Source: a virus
Lineage: Duplodnaviria; Caudoviricetes
DNA length: 64,000 bases
Reading direction: 5' to 3' (one strand)
Virus record (IMG/VR): IMGVR_UViG_3300001598_002233
Location: 1 to 64,000 of that record
Numbering within the stretch: position 1 is the first letter of the stretch; every line of letters starts with the position of its first letter. The translations under genes were made by a program, and so were the position numbers. Under the pieces are notes generated by a model. That model saw only the letters and a list, made by a program, of their open reading frames with translations, did not search any database and was not told the origin of the DNA. Shown piece by piece: positions 18,699 to 28,997 of this stretch.

Positions 18699-19976
18699 AT
18701 GGGGCAACCAGTTAGAAAAAAAATAATAGAACAGCATCCAGAAATAGCAGAGAAACCATTCTATACATTATTAATTGATGGCACAAATCTTTTGAGAATA
18801 TGTTTTGCTGATAATAAAGTAAATAACAAGGGTGAACATATAGGGGGAATTGTACAATTTTTTGTGCAAATCCGTAAAATGCTTGCAAAGAAACAATATG
18901 ATTATATATATGTTTTCTTTGATGATGAAGATAGTGGTATTTTGCGATTTAATATATATAATGGATATAAGGCTAATAGGGATAAGAAGTATGCAGAGCA
19001 CGCTTTTTTATCAGAGTATGGCAAAGCATATGAGGCAAAATTGAAGGAGTGGCGAGATAAGCACGCAGGAAAGAAGAAATATGTAGGGAACGATGATACA
19101 AAAGCATATATTGAGAAGTATAAGCAAGGTAAAGTATCAAAGGAAACATTAATTTCTCGATTCGGTGAAAAACAGGGAAAGGAAATGGCAAGAGAGGCTG
19201 AAAAAGAAATTTTGGACACAAATTTTAAGAGGGAGAGAGATTTTATCCTTAAATGTTGTAACGAATTGTACATTAGGTGGATTTTTAATGATGTGACAGA
19301 AGGGGATGATTTAATATCATATTATGTTCAACATAAGAAGCCTGAAGAAAGAATAGTTATTATGTCAACAGATGAAGACTTAACGCAATTAATATCCGAT
19401 ACCGTGTGCGTTTATAACAAGAAGATAGATAAGTACCTTTCAAAAGAAAATTATCAGCGATTAAGGGGATTTCCTGTTGAAAATGTTGTTATTAAAAAGA
19501 TAATGTGCGGAGACACTTCTGATAATATAAAAAATATTGCGGGATTAAGTGAGGATGGGCTATTCAATCTTATACCAGAAATGAGGGAAAGGCCAGTTAC
19601 GGTTGAAGAAATTAAATTAAGAGCACAATCTTTAATTGACGAGAGGATAGGTGAGAAGAAAAAACCGCTAAAAGTACACGAAAATATTGTGAATGGCGTA
19701 TGTAATGGTGAATATGATGGTGATTTCTATGATATTAATAGAAAATTAGTGGATTTATCACAGCCATTGCTATCGGAAGAAGGGGAGGATGAAATAAGGT
19801 CTATGATGTATGAATCACAAGACCCAGAAGGACGCTCATTTGAGAACCTATATAAATATATGGTGGAAGATAATATTGACGATTTTAAGGACGATAAACA
19901 TTTTGCGACATTTTTTGAACCGTTCAAGGATTTAGTCAATAAAGAAATTTTCAGATATAAGAAAGCAAATAGATAG
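18699..19976 (+). CDS. 5'-3' exonuclease / flap endonuclease (T4 RNase H / PolI N-terminal family)
   Basis: LLIDGTNL, YKANR, EGDDLI, STDEDLTQL, GDTSDNI motifs. Confidence 0.9.
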   Translation: MGQPVRKKIIEQHPEIAEKPFYTLLIDGTNLLRICFADNKVNNKGEHIGGIVQFFVQIRKMLAKKQYDYIYVFFDDEDSGILRFNIYNGYKANRDKKYAEHAFLSEYGKAYEAKLKEWRDKHAGKKKYVGNDDTKAYIEKYKQGKVSKETLISRFGEKQGKEMAREAEKEILDTNFKRERDFILKCCNELYIRWIFNDVTEGDDLISYYVQHKKPEERIVIMSTDEDLTQLISDTVCVYNKKIDKYLSKENYQRLRGFPVENVVIKKIMCGDTSDNIKNIAGLSEDGLFNLIPEMRERPVTVEEIKLRAQSLIDERIGEKKKPLKVHENIVNGVCNGEYDGDFYDINRKLVDLSQPLLSEEGEDEIRSMMYESQDPEGRSFENLYKYMVEDNIDDFKDDKHFATFFEPFKDLVNKEIFRYKKANR

Positions 19977-20060
19977 TACCTTTGGTTTTAAAAAATATTT
20001 TTGTATATTAGACTTACAATTTATTATATATTTTTGTTTAACAATTTAAAAAAGAAAAAA

Positions 20061-20813
20061 ATGGCAGAATTTAGAAAACAGCCTGAAACGGTAAGGGATT
20101 ACCGTGAAAGATTTGAGTTTAAACTCACAGTAGGTGACAATATTATTTGTCAGCGTTATTTCAAAATTAACAACTTTAATCCGCGTTCATTGAAGTCATT
20201 TGAACTTGCAGATGCGATTCGCGGTTGTGCAGAGACAATTAACAAGGACCTTAAGTCTAAGACACAGACTTATCTTGAGATTTTTGCACCTAAGGTGTTT
20301 AACACAGTAGAAGAGATGAATGAATATTTTAAGGATGGTAAGCATTCTTCAGATATGAGGCTTGGCAACGGCATTGTTGTTAAGAATTCATCAGTGGATT
20401 ATGTATGGGGAAAGAACAACGCCCCTATTCCTTGTCAGTTTAAGTTTGACGATGGTGAACTTTACGCACCTATTACAAACGAGAACGTTGTTACTTATAA
20501 GTTCGCTTTCTGCGTTGACGGAAGAGAAACTTGTACAACTTGTTGGGAGGGACTTTACCCTAAGTATATTAGGAATTCAATCGACCTTTCAAATAAGAGA
20601 GGTAAGCAGGACCCTGATGATATTTCAAGGCTTAGTTTCGAGCAGTACCTTGATTATAAGGTCGTAGAGGGTCGTTCAGACCTTGTTTGGGGCCTTATTA
20701 AGGATATTTGCTATGTTTGTAGTGTACAGGATAATGATTGGTATACCGTATCAGATATGGGATATAGCAACATTCCTGATTATAGTATGTGGTTCAAAAA
20801 GGAAAGTAAGTAA
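20061..20813 (+). CDS. Hypothetical protein, 250 aa
   Basis: ATG at 20061 after A-rich leader; sits between exonuclease and helicase. Confidence 0.75.
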   Translation: MAEFRKQPETVRDYRERFEFKLTVGDNIICQRYFKINNFNPRSLKSFELADAIRGCAETINKDLKSKTQTYLEIFAPKVFNTVEEMNEYFKDGKHSSDMRLGNGIVVKNSSVDYVWGKNNAPIPCQFKFDDGELYAPITNENVVTYKFAFCVDGRETCTTCWEGLYPKYIRNSIDLSNKRGKQDPDDISRLSFEQYLDYKVVEGRSDLVWGLIKDICYVCSVQDNDWYTVSDMGYSNIPDYSMWFKKESK

Positions 20814-20815
20814 TT

Positions 20816-22261
20816 ATGGGAAAATCTGTTGATAAAAGCAATCTTGGGTATTTGGGAATTGATTTCCAGTATAAGCTCGTAAAGTGCTTTATCGAAGAAC
20901 CTAATTACTTTGACGAAATTTACAATATTGTTGACCAAAGTGCCTTCACAGATGCCCTTCTTAGGACATTTGTGGGGGTATTGAAAGACTATTACAAATC
21001 TAATAATTTAGTTCCTAGTTATGAAGTCATTAGGATACCACTAAGAGCAAGTGCTAATAGTGAAATAGAACTTGAAGAATGGGATTCTTTGATAGATAAA
21101 CTGAAGTCTACAAGCATTGAGGGATATTTATTGGTAAAAGAAAATGCTTTAAAGTTTTTTAAGCAACAAAGAATTATAAAGGCCGCTAATAAAATTCTCG
21201 AAAAGGCAGGAAACGGTGACTTGGAACATTACGAAGAGTGCCAAAAAATCTTGGAGGATGCACTTGAAGCGGGTGATACGGAAGACCTCGGTCATTCCAT
21301 TTTTGAACTCGAAGAAGAGGCTTTGTCCAATGACTATACAATTTCAATTCCAACAGGTATTGACGGCCTTGATGAATATCTCGGCGGGGGTCTTGACAAG
21401 GGTAAGATTGGATTGTTTATGGCTGCTCTTGGAGTAGGAAAAACAACTTTTTCAACAGCAATTGCATCAGCAGCTGCGACTTCAAGAAGTATTCTTAATA
21501 ATAATGAGGGGTGGAAAGTTTTACAAATTTATTTTGAGGATGATAATGTAGATATTACACGAAAGCATTATTCACGACTAACAAAAGTTGAAGCGTGTGA
21601 CATACGCAAGTGTGATATGGCACAAAAAGAGGAAATCCGTGAAATGCTTAATAGGCATCCTGATAGAGAACTCTTGAATAAGAACCTTAAAGTATTGAAA
21701 CTAAGAACGGGTGAGGTTACTCCGTCGAAGATTGAACAGATTATTAAAAAGTTAATAAACAAAGGGTTTAGGCCTGATGAAGTTATTATTGACTATTTTG
21801 AATGTATGGAGTTTGAGAAAGGTGGAGGACCTAACGAGTCCGAGTGGAACAAGGAAGGTCGCAATATGCGTAAACTTGAGAATATGGCAAAGGACCTTAA
21901 TATGGCTATTTGGGTTACTTCACAGGGAGGTAGAGATAGTATTATGTCCACAATAGTAAATGCTTCACAAGGTAGCGGTTCTATTAAGAAGCAACAGATT
22001 GTGCAAGTTATTGTAACGGCTGCAAGAAATCTTGAATCACAAAATCCATATTCAGCGAACTTAGCACTTGTCAAAAACAGAAGCGGAAAGTCGGGTAGAG
22101 TGTTTGAAAACGCTGTTTACGATAATGGTACAAGTACTATATCTTGCTCAGAAGTAAAGGTCTACGATAATGCACTGGAGTGGAAAGAGGAGGAACAAAA
22201 GTCAAAGGAAAGGCTCAGAAATGAGATGCTTAGAATCGCCGCAAACGGCAGTGGAAATTAA
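20816..22261 (+). CDS. dnaB: Replicative DNA helicase (DnaB / T4 gp41-like)
   Basis: AALGVGKTT Walker A, IIDYFEC Walker B, WVTSQGGR, KNRSG arginine finger. Confidence 0.9.
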   Translation: MGKSVDKSNLGYLGIDFQYKLVKCFIEEPNYFDEIYNIVDQSAFTDALLRTFVGVLKDYYKSNNLVPSYEVIRIPLRASANSEIELEEWDSLIDKLKSTSIEGYLLVKENALKFFKQQRIIKAANKILEKAGNGDLEHYEECQKILEDALEAGDTEDLGHSIFELEEEALSNDYTISIPTGIDGLDEYLGGGLDKGKIGLFMAALGVGKTTFSTAIASAAATSRSILNNNEGWKVLQIYFEDDNVDITRKHYSRLTKVEACDIRKCDMAQKEEIREMLNRHPDRELLNKNLKVLKLRTGEVTPSKIEQIIKKLINKGFRPDEVIIDYFECMEFEKGGGPNESEWNKEGRNMRKLENMAKDLNMAIWVTSQGGRDSIMSTIVNASQGSGSIKKQQIVQVIVTAARNLESQNPYSANLALVKNRSGKSGRVFENAVYDNGTSTISCSEVKVYDNALEWKEEEQKSKERLRNEMLRIAANGSGN

Positions 22262-22384
22262 TTTTAATTAAAGATGGTGAACATCAAACACTTACCATCT
22301 TAGGACAACAAAATAGGGAAGATTTGGACTTTTTTGATTGAAAGTTTATTAAATTTTCCCTATTTATTTTAAAAGGAATAATAT

Positions 22385-24577
22385 ATGGAAGTAAGAAAAA
22401 GTAATGGCTCTTTTGAAGAGTTTGATAAAGAAAAAGTGAAGTACAGCGTTTGTTCTGCATATATTGCGGCTGGTGAAGAGTGTGATGAAGTTATCCTTGA
22501 TGCTATTATGGGTGGCCTTTATATCTACGATAGAATTACAACAATGGAAATTGAGAGACAGGTGTCTGAAATATTGATGTCCATTAACAAGAAGGTTGCT
22601 CGTAAATATCTTGATAAGGCAAATGATAAAAGGCCTCTTAAGAAGAACGATGACTTTGTAAAGAATTATATTACGGCATCTAACGCTGCAACTGGGTCTA
22701 AATTTGACTCTAATGCTAATGTATCAAATAAGAATATTGTTACTCTTGGGCAAGAAATTCATAAAGGTGAGAATATTCAGCAGAATAGATATATTATGCA
22801 TAATAAGATTAAGAATCTTTACAGCAAAAAACTTGCAGACCAATACATTTATGACCTTGAGCATCATGTGATTTATCGTCACGACGAGTCAGGTACTCCT
22901 GGTTTTCCTTATTGCGTAGCAATTACGATGTATCCATTCCTAACAGATGGACTTTCAAAATTAGGTGGTATTTCAGTAGCACCTACTGATTTAAAATCTT
23001 ATTGTGGCGAATTTATTAATCTCGTTTATTCTGTTTCATCGCAGTTTATGGGGGCAGTGGCAACACCAGAATTCCTTATGTATATGGATTATTTCATTCG
23101 TAAAGATTATGGTGAAAACTACCTTGAAAGACTTGGTGAAGTTGTAGAAAATAATAGAAAATCAAGGACACTTGAACAGGTTATTGAAAACTATTTTCAA
23201 CAGGTGGTTCATAGTATGAATATGCCAGCAGGTAACCGTGGATATCAAACAGTCTTTTGGAATGTGGGCTACTTTGATAAGCCTTATTTTGAAGGGGTGT
23301 TTGGCGAATTTGTTTTCCCTGATGGAACAAAGCCAGTATGGGAGACACTTTCTTGGTTGCAGAAAAAATTTATGAAGTGGTTTAATCATGAGCGTGAGAG
23401 ATATGTGCTTACATTCCCTGTCGAGACAATGGCAATGCTTACAGATGGAAATGATGATTTCGTAGATAAGGAGTATGCTGATTTTACTGCTGAAATGTGG
23501 GCAGAAGGCCATAGTTTCTTCTGTTATCTTTCAGATAGCCCAGATAGTCTTAGTAGTTGCTGCCGATTGAGAAATTCTTTAAAGGATAGTGAAAATACTG
23601 ATGAGCACAACCATACAACGCATCAGTTCTCTATGGGTACAGCATCAGTAGCAACAGGCTCAAAGTGTGTTATGACCATCGACCTTAATCGTGCAATACA
23701 GGACGCTACATTTAAGTATTATGAGGATAAAGGTATTTCATATAAGCGTGGAGAACAATTAAAGAAAGATGCAAACCGCGAAGAAGTTTATGATTATATC
23801 AAAACATATCTTGCAGAACTTACAGAGAGAGTGCATAAGTATCTTGCATCATTCAATGCAATTGTAAAAGATTTTTATCAGGCAAGGATGCTTACTGTTT
23901 ATGATGCAGGTTTTATTGATATGAAAAAGCAATATCTTACAGTTGGTGTTAATGGGCTTACTGATGCCGCAGAATTTTTAAGACTTGAGCCAAATCCCAA
24001 TAAGGATTATGAATTTTTTGTAAATGAAATTCTCGAAACCATTAATAAAGTAAATAAGAAGGATAGGACCAGAGATTGTATGTTTAATACGGAATTTATT
24101 CCTGGTGAAAATGTTTCTTACAAGCATTATAAGTGGGACGAAAAAGACGATTACTATGTATCCCCGAAGCATATAATGTATAGTTCCTATTTTTACAACC
24201 CAGAAGATAATAGTCTTTCTGTTCTTGATAAATTTGAACTTCACGGAAAAAAGTATGTTCAGTACCTCGATGGTGGCTCTGCACTTCATATGAACCTTAA
24301 CGAGCATCTTTCTAAAGAACAATATAGAAATCTATTAAAGGTTGCGGCTAGAAAGGGTACAAACTACTTTACATTTAATGTTAAAAATACAGTTTGTGAA
24401 GATTGTGGGTATATTAGCAAGCATACTCTTGATACTTGTCCCCATTGTGGAAGTAAAAATCTGTCTTATTTGACACGAATTATTGGTTACTTAAAGAAAG
24501 TATCTTCATTTAGCGAAGCTCGACAGAAAGAAGAAGGAGTAAGATTTTATACAAAGGAAAATGATGTTAAGTTATGA
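22385..24577 (+). CDS. nrdD: Anaerobic (class III) ribonucleoside-triphosphate reductase with N-terminal ATP-cone
   Basis: MEVRKSNGSFEEFDKEKV ATP-cone, SCCRL, C-terminal CEDC..CPHC and TRIIGY glycyl-radical loop. Confidence 0.95.
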   Translation: MEVRKSNGSFEEFDKEKVKYSVCSAYIAAGEECDEVILDAIMGGLYIYDRITTMEIERQVSEILMSINKKVARKYLDKANDKRPLKKNDDFVKNYITASNAATGSKFDSNANVSNKNIVTLGQEIHKGENIQQNRYIMHNKIKNLYSKKLADQYIYDLEHHVIYRHDESGTPGFPYCVAITMYPFLTDGLSKLGGISVAPTDLKSYCGEFINLVYSVSSQFMGAVATPEFLMYMDYFIRKDYGENYLERLGEVVENNRKSRTLEQVIENYFQQVVHSMNMPAGNRGYQTVFWNVGYFDKPYFEGVFGEFVFPDGTKPVWETLSWLQKKFMKWFNHERERYVLTFPVETMAMLTDGNDDFVDKEYADFTAEMWAEGHSFFCYLSDSPDSLSSCCRLRNSLKDSENTDEHNHTTHQFSMGTASVATGSKCVMTIDLNRAIQDATFKYYEDKGISYKRGEQLKKDANREEVYDYIKTYLAELTERVHKYLASFNAIVKDFYQARMLTVYDAGFIDMKKQYLTVGVNGLTDAAEFLRLEPNPNKDYEFFVNEILETINKVNKKDRTRDCMFNTEFIPGENVSYKHYKWDEKDDYYVSPKHIMYSSYFYNPEDNSLSVLDKFELHGKKYVQYLDGGSALHMNLNEHLSKEQYRNLLKVAARKGTNYFTFNVKNTVCEDCGYISKHTLDTCPHCGSKNLSYLTRIIGYLKKVSSFSEARQKEEGVRFYTKENDVKL

Positions 24578-25077
24578 TTAGATATGTTAAAGAAGATACA
24601 ACAGTAGCATTTGCTGAAATCCCTAATGAGACCAGCCTTTGTCTTAACATCTCAAATTGCCAAAATTCTTGTGTTGGATGTCACAGTCCGTATTTAAAGA
24701 AAAATATTGGGGAATATCTTGATTATGCTGAACTTGATAAGTTGGCTAAGGAAAATGAGGGTATTACTTGTATTTGCTTAATGGGAGAAGGTAATGACTT
24801 TTGCGATATTATCCATTACGGTGCTTATATTCACAATATCTTAGGCCTAAAGTCGGCTGTTTATTCAGGAAGGGAAGATATTCCCGAAGCAGCATATTGG
24901 GATGTATTCGATTATATCAAAATTGGCCCATATAAGGCCGAATTTGGGCCCTTAAACTCAAAGACAACCAACCAACGCCTATACCATCATAATGGCGAGA
25001 AAGAGGCTGAAATTGAGATTAATGGGGTAAAGCATCAGGGATGGACTGATATAACTCACAAGTTTTGGGAAAAATGA
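24574..25077 (+). CDS. nrdG: Anaerobic RNR activating enzyme (radical SAM)
   Basis: CQNSCVGCHS CxxxCxxC motif, DYIKIGPY, TTNQRLY; ATGA overlap with nrdD. Confidence 0.93.
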   Translation: MIRYVKEDTTVAFAEIPNETSLCLNISNCQNSCVGCHSPYLKKNIGEYLDYAELDKLAKENEGITCICLMGEGNDFCDIIHYGAYIHNILGLKSAVYSGREDIPEAAYWDVFDYIKIGPYKAEFGPLNSKTTNQRLYHHNGEKEAEIEINGVKHQGWTDITHKFWEK

Positions 25078-25859
25078 GAAAACTCATAATAACAGAGGGC
25101 CAAGCAAAAGAGATACTTGGAGGGCGATTTTTAAGGGAAAGTAAGAGTGTGCTTGATATTTTTAATGTTAAGAGAACACCGTTATTGGAGGCTTATTATG
25201 CTACTTATCCCATAAAAAAGGTGGTGGAATACTTAACGAAACATTTTTACCTAAGTCAAGATTATCAAAATTTTTTGAATAATAGTGAAAAATATCAAGG
25301 GTTTATAACTATTACAGAGATGGAAAGTGGGGAAGAAAGTATTAGTTTAGTATTTCCTAACGGGGAATATCCTTTAAAAAAATTGGGTGAAGCGATGTCG
25401 TTATGTGGCTATTATGAAAGTGATAGAAAAAAGATAGGTGAAATTGGTGGGGTAGAGTATGTGAATATAAATTTTGAAAAACGCCATCAAGATAATGTTT
25501 CTGAAAAGATTAAGGGAGAGTATAAGTATCTTTATCATATAACTTTGAAAGAAAAAGAAGATAAGATAAGAAGAATAGGCTTGGTTCCAAAGGCGTATAA
25601 TAAGCGAAGTAATCATCCAGAAAGAGTTTATTTAATACCAAGTAATAGCCCAATACCGTATTTAATGTTTCATTTTTATCAAGTAGGAAAAATGCTTTAT
25701 CCTGATAAAAACAGTTTTATTGTTTGTGGCATTGAGACTAAAGATTTGGATTGTGAATTTCATTTTGACCCCAATATGGAAAGTGCAGTATATATAACTG
25801 AAAATATCTCGCCACAAATATTGCACATAAAAGATATAATTGTTAAAAACCAAGCATAA
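25074..25859 (+). CDS. ADP-ribosyltransferase-fold (Tpt1/KptA/DarT-like) domain protein with N-terminal leader
   Basis: C-terminal YLYHIT...IRRIGLVPK...RVYL...FDPNM..AVYITENI pattern; ATGA overlap with nrdG stop. Confidence 0.55.
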   Translation: MRKLIITEGQAKEILGGRFLRESKSVLDIFNVKRTPLLEAYYATYPIKKVVEYLTKHFYLSQDYQNFLNNSEKYQGFITITEMESGEESISLVFPNGEYPLKKLGEAMSLCGYYESDRKKIGEIGGVEYVNINFEKRHQDNVSEKIKGEYKYLYHITLKEKEDKIRRIGLVPKAYNKRSNHPERVYLIPSNSPIPYLMFHFYQVGKMLYPDKNSFIVCGIETKDLDCEFHFDPNMESAVYITENISPQILHIKDIIVKNQA

Positions 25860-25871
25860 TGCTTGGTTTTT
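25845..25871 (+). terminator. Terminator (possibly bidirectional)
   Basis: aaaaaccaagca-taa-tgcttggttttt perfect inverted repeat. Confidence 0.8.
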
Positions 25872-25895
25872 TGTTGCCTATTTCAAATATTTTTG

Positions 25896-25903
25896 CTATT
25901 TAT
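25896..25903 (+). promoter_or_regulatory. CTATTTAT motif (candidate late promoter) in front of glycosylation cluster
   Basis: Same motif precedes baseplate and other virion genes. Confidence 0.5.
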
Positions 25904-25922
25904 TTAAAAATGCGTTTTTGTC

Positions 25923-28900
25923 ATGACAAGTAAATACGAAAAATATATTCCATTAATTAAGGAAGTCTGTAAAAAGAAGGGATTTGATATTGACCTCGAA
26001 CACCCAACAACTATTCAGGATAAACTAAACTGGTATAATATCTACGATTATCCTTCAAGGAAAACCAATTGCACTGATAAATATTTATTGCATAAACATT
26101 CCGAGACAAAACTTGGAAAGGATTTTTGTATTCCAATGTATAAGGTATATAAGAATGTGCTTGAAATTGATTGGAAATCACTCCCTAATAAGTTTGTGAT
26201 AAGGTGCAATCATGGTAGTGGAATGCATATTGTTGTCAGAGATAAAAGCAAGGCTGATATTTCGGGTATAATGGCTCAGTTAAATAAGTGGATGGAGGAA
26301 GATTATACTTTCAGAAATAATTTCGAGTTCTGTTATCACGAGATAGAGCATAGAATTATGGTTGAGGAACTTCTTGAAGACCCTTCACAGCCAAAGTTAT
26401 TGCAGACATTCAGATTTTGGTGCTTCAATGGTAAGGTAAAGTTTATGTCAGTACAAGAGGGTGAGTTCGGCCCTATCAACCATTATGATGCTGATGAAAA
26501 TTTTATGAAATGGTTATCAAGAACTGATTATCCTAGCCAATACAAGTCTGATTATTTTATTCCGTATAATTATGATGCAATGAAACTTTATGCAAGGAGA
26601 CTTGCAGAGGACTTTGAATTTGCTTGTGTTGACTTTTACGAGGTTAATGGAAAACCATATCTAAAGAAGATGTGTTTCACGCCTAACGCCAATTATTTTC
26701 TATACAAAGAGGTGGAATCTAATTTTAAGGTTGGGAAAATGTTAACTTTGGGGATAAAGGGGGAGAATGAACACCAAGGAACATATAAGATGTTTGAAAC
26801 ATTGCTTCCAAAGCCACAGGTGAAGCCAATAGCAGCAGAAAAGTCCGTGGAAGTAAAGCCAAAAGTGGAGCAAAAGCCAGTTAATAGTCAACCACAACCG
26901 AAGGTTAATACCCAAAAGGTAGAAGCATTAATTGAGAAGAAGGTAAAAGAAATACTTCAAAAGAAAGTAAAAGAGGACGAGGCTAAAAAAGTGGTTAAGC
27001 CTGTTGGCAGACAAGTATATTACGGAAGTAATTTATTAAGCGGAGGCATTAGTAGCCCTTCAGATAATATAATACCAAAAGCATATCCTAAAAAGACGAC
27101 ATTTTTAGGTTCTAACGATGAATATTCTGTTTCTGATTCAGAGAAAATTATAGAGCAGAAGGGTAGTATGGAAAAGCCAGAAACTTCTCTTAAAATATCG
27201 TTATCTTCCATTTTTAAAGACGATGCACAAGCAATTGATTATCTAAAAACTGAGGTGTTGAAGGATAAAAGTATTTTCTGGGAGGTAAATAATGCTATTG
27301 AGGAAAATCGCAGAATGAACCTTATCAAGAGAGAAAGTGTGGAGAAGGTTATTTCTGATTATGTTTGGAAAAGCACAAACAGCATACTGAGTGAAGATAT
27401 TGCCACGGAAGATGGTAGATTTATCCCACAAAAGTTTGAACAGCCTAAAAATATCATAGCAAGTGAAAATGTGGTATATGAGACCAATTTAACAACATAC
27501 CAAAATAGTTTCAATCTTAATGGTATAAAGAAAGAGGTACCCATGGAGGTTGAAGTTGAGGAGGTAGAGGAGGAAAAGGAATTTTTCATTGCCGAGGGAA
27601 ATAGTGAAACTATTAATCTTTGTATAATTCACTATAACACACCGAAATTGACAGAATGTCTTATTAGGAGTATAAACAAATTCACACCCAATTGTGTTAT
27701 ATATATATTTGATAATAGTGATAAGGAGCCATTTACCTATAGGCAGGATAATATAATTTATTTGGATAATACAAAGGGACAATATATTGATTTTGAAAAA
27801 TGGTTACAGAAATATCCAAATAGGAAAAGGTCCCCAGAAGCGACGCATCAATTTGGTAGTGCAAAACATTGTGTAAGCGTGGAGAAGTGTATGGAATTGA
27901 TTGACAAGAATTTCATATTACTCGACTCAGATATTCTATTGAAGAAAGATATTTCCGTATTTAATGATAATAAATATATATTCGTTGGAACAACAGAAAA
28001 ACAGCCATTTGTAGGAATCAGTAGGGTACTTCCGTTTGTGTGTTTCATTAATGTTGACGCTTGTAAATTTTATGATGTCCATTATTTTGATGAAAATCGC
28101 ATGCACGGCTTATTCAATAATGCAATTATTGCAAATGCAGACCATTATGATACTGGCGCAGCGTTCTTATATCACGCAAAGCCTTACCCACATAAAGAAA
28201 TTGACTATAGGGGCTATATAGAGCATTTTAAGGGTGGCAGTTGGGAAAATATTTCTTCAAGACGAGGCAATCGAACAATGTCATCGAAAGATTGGCTTGC
28301 TAAATTCAAAAACTTATGGGACGACACCAAGCCATTCCGTAAAGTTGTTTATACTTGCATTACTGGTGGATACGAGAGTCTTAAGAAACCAAGTTATGTG
28401 AATGCTGATTTTGACTACATATGTTTTACTGACGCTGATATCAAGAGTGACTTTTGGCAGATAAGACCATTACCAAAGGAAACGGAGGGGTTAAGCAATG
28501 TTAAAAAACAAAGATATGTAAAGATTAATGCACATAAGGTGCTTCCAGAATATGACTTCTCTGTTTGGATTGATGGAAATGTTGACATCAGGGGAAATAT
28601 TAATGAATATATTGCAGCAAACTGTCAACGAAGCAAAGGCGTAATTTCAATAGGAACGCACCCAGAAAGAGATTGCACTTATGAGGAAGCAAAGGCATGT
28701 GTTCATTACAAGAAAGACACAATGGACAATATGGCAGAGCAGATAGATTTCTACAGAAAAGAGGGACTTCCTGAACATTATGGGCTCGTACAGACTTGCA
28801 TTGTGTTTAGATATCATAATGACGAACAATGTGTACAACTAATGGAAGAGTGGTGGAATGAACTATATTCCCATAAGAGTCATAGAGACCAACTTTCAAT

Positions 28901-28997
28901 AAGTTATGTGCAATGGAAAACGGGAATTAGGATAAACAAGTTAGATAAATCAATTTTCAAAAATAAATACTTTTGGTGGGGGGTAACACACAGATGA
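25923..28997 (+). CDS. Multidomain enzyme: TupA-like ATP-grasp + low-complexity linker + GT2-like (GT-A) + DUF616 glycosyltransferase-like, 1024 aa
   Basis: PTTIQDKLNW, CTDKY, LPNKFVIRCNHGSG, RIMVEELL, FACVDFYEV (TupA); LCIIHYNTP...FDNS...LLDSDI (GT-A); VVYTCITGGY...CFTD...KINAH...SVWIDGN...HRDQLS (DUF616). Confidence 0.85.
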   Translation: MTSKYEKYIPLIKEVCKKKGFDIDLEHPTTIQDKLNWYNIYDYPSRKTNCTDKYLLHKHSETKLGKDFCIPMYKVYKNVLEIDWKSLPNKFVIRCNHGSGMHIVVRDKSKADISGIMAQLNKWMEEDYTFRNNFEFCYHEIEHRIMVEELLEDPSQPKLLQTFRFWCFNGKVKFMSVQEGEFGPINHYDADENFMKWLSRTDYPSQYKSDYFIPYNYDAMKLYARRLAEDFEFACVDFYEVNGKPYLKKMCFTPNANYFLYKEVESNFKVGKMLTLGIKGENEHQGTYKMFETLLPKPQVKPIAAEKSVEVKPKVEQKPVNSQPQPKVNTQKVEALIEKKVKEILQKKVKEDEAKKVVKPVGRQVYYGSNLLSGGISSPSDNIIPKAYPKKTTFLGSNDEYSVSDSEKIIEQKGSMEKPETSLKISLSSIFKDDAQAIDYLKTEVLKDKSIFWEVNNAIEENRRMNLIKRESVEKVISDYVWKSTNSILSEDIATEDGRFIPQKFEQPKNIIASENVVYETNLTTYQNSFNLNGIKKEVPMEVEVEEVEEEKEFFIAEGNSETINLCIIHYNTPKLTECLIRSINKFTPNCVIYIFDNSDKEPFTYRQDNIIYLDNTKGQYIDFEKWLQKYPNRKRSPEATHQFGSAKHCVSVEKCMELIDKNFILLDSDILLKKDISVFNDNKYIFVGTTEKQPFVGISRVLPFVCFINVDACKFYDVHYFDENRMHGLFNNAIIANADHYDTGAAFLYHAKPYPHKEIDYRGYIEHFKGGSWENISSRRGNRTMSSKDWLAKFKNLWDDTKPFRKVVYTCITGGYESLKKPSYVNADFDYICFTDADIKSDFWQIRPLPKETEGLSNVKKQRYVKINAHKVLPEYDFSVWIDGNVDIRGNINEYIAANCQRSKGVISIGTHPERDCTYEEAKACVHYKKDTMDNMAEQIDFYRKEGLPEHYGLVQTCIVFRYHNDEQCVQLMEEWWNELYSHKSHRDQLSISYVQWKTGIRINKLDKSIFKNKYFWWGVTHR

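Noticed and set aside
18990-19230. Charged insertion in the 5'-3' exonuclease
   Set aside because: Likely an expanded helical arch; in frame and without mobile-element features
17442-24577. Inteins or group I introns in recA, helicase or nrdD
   Set aside because: ORFs are continuous and near normal length; no intein C/S...HN motifs or LAGLIDADG/HNH inserts recognised
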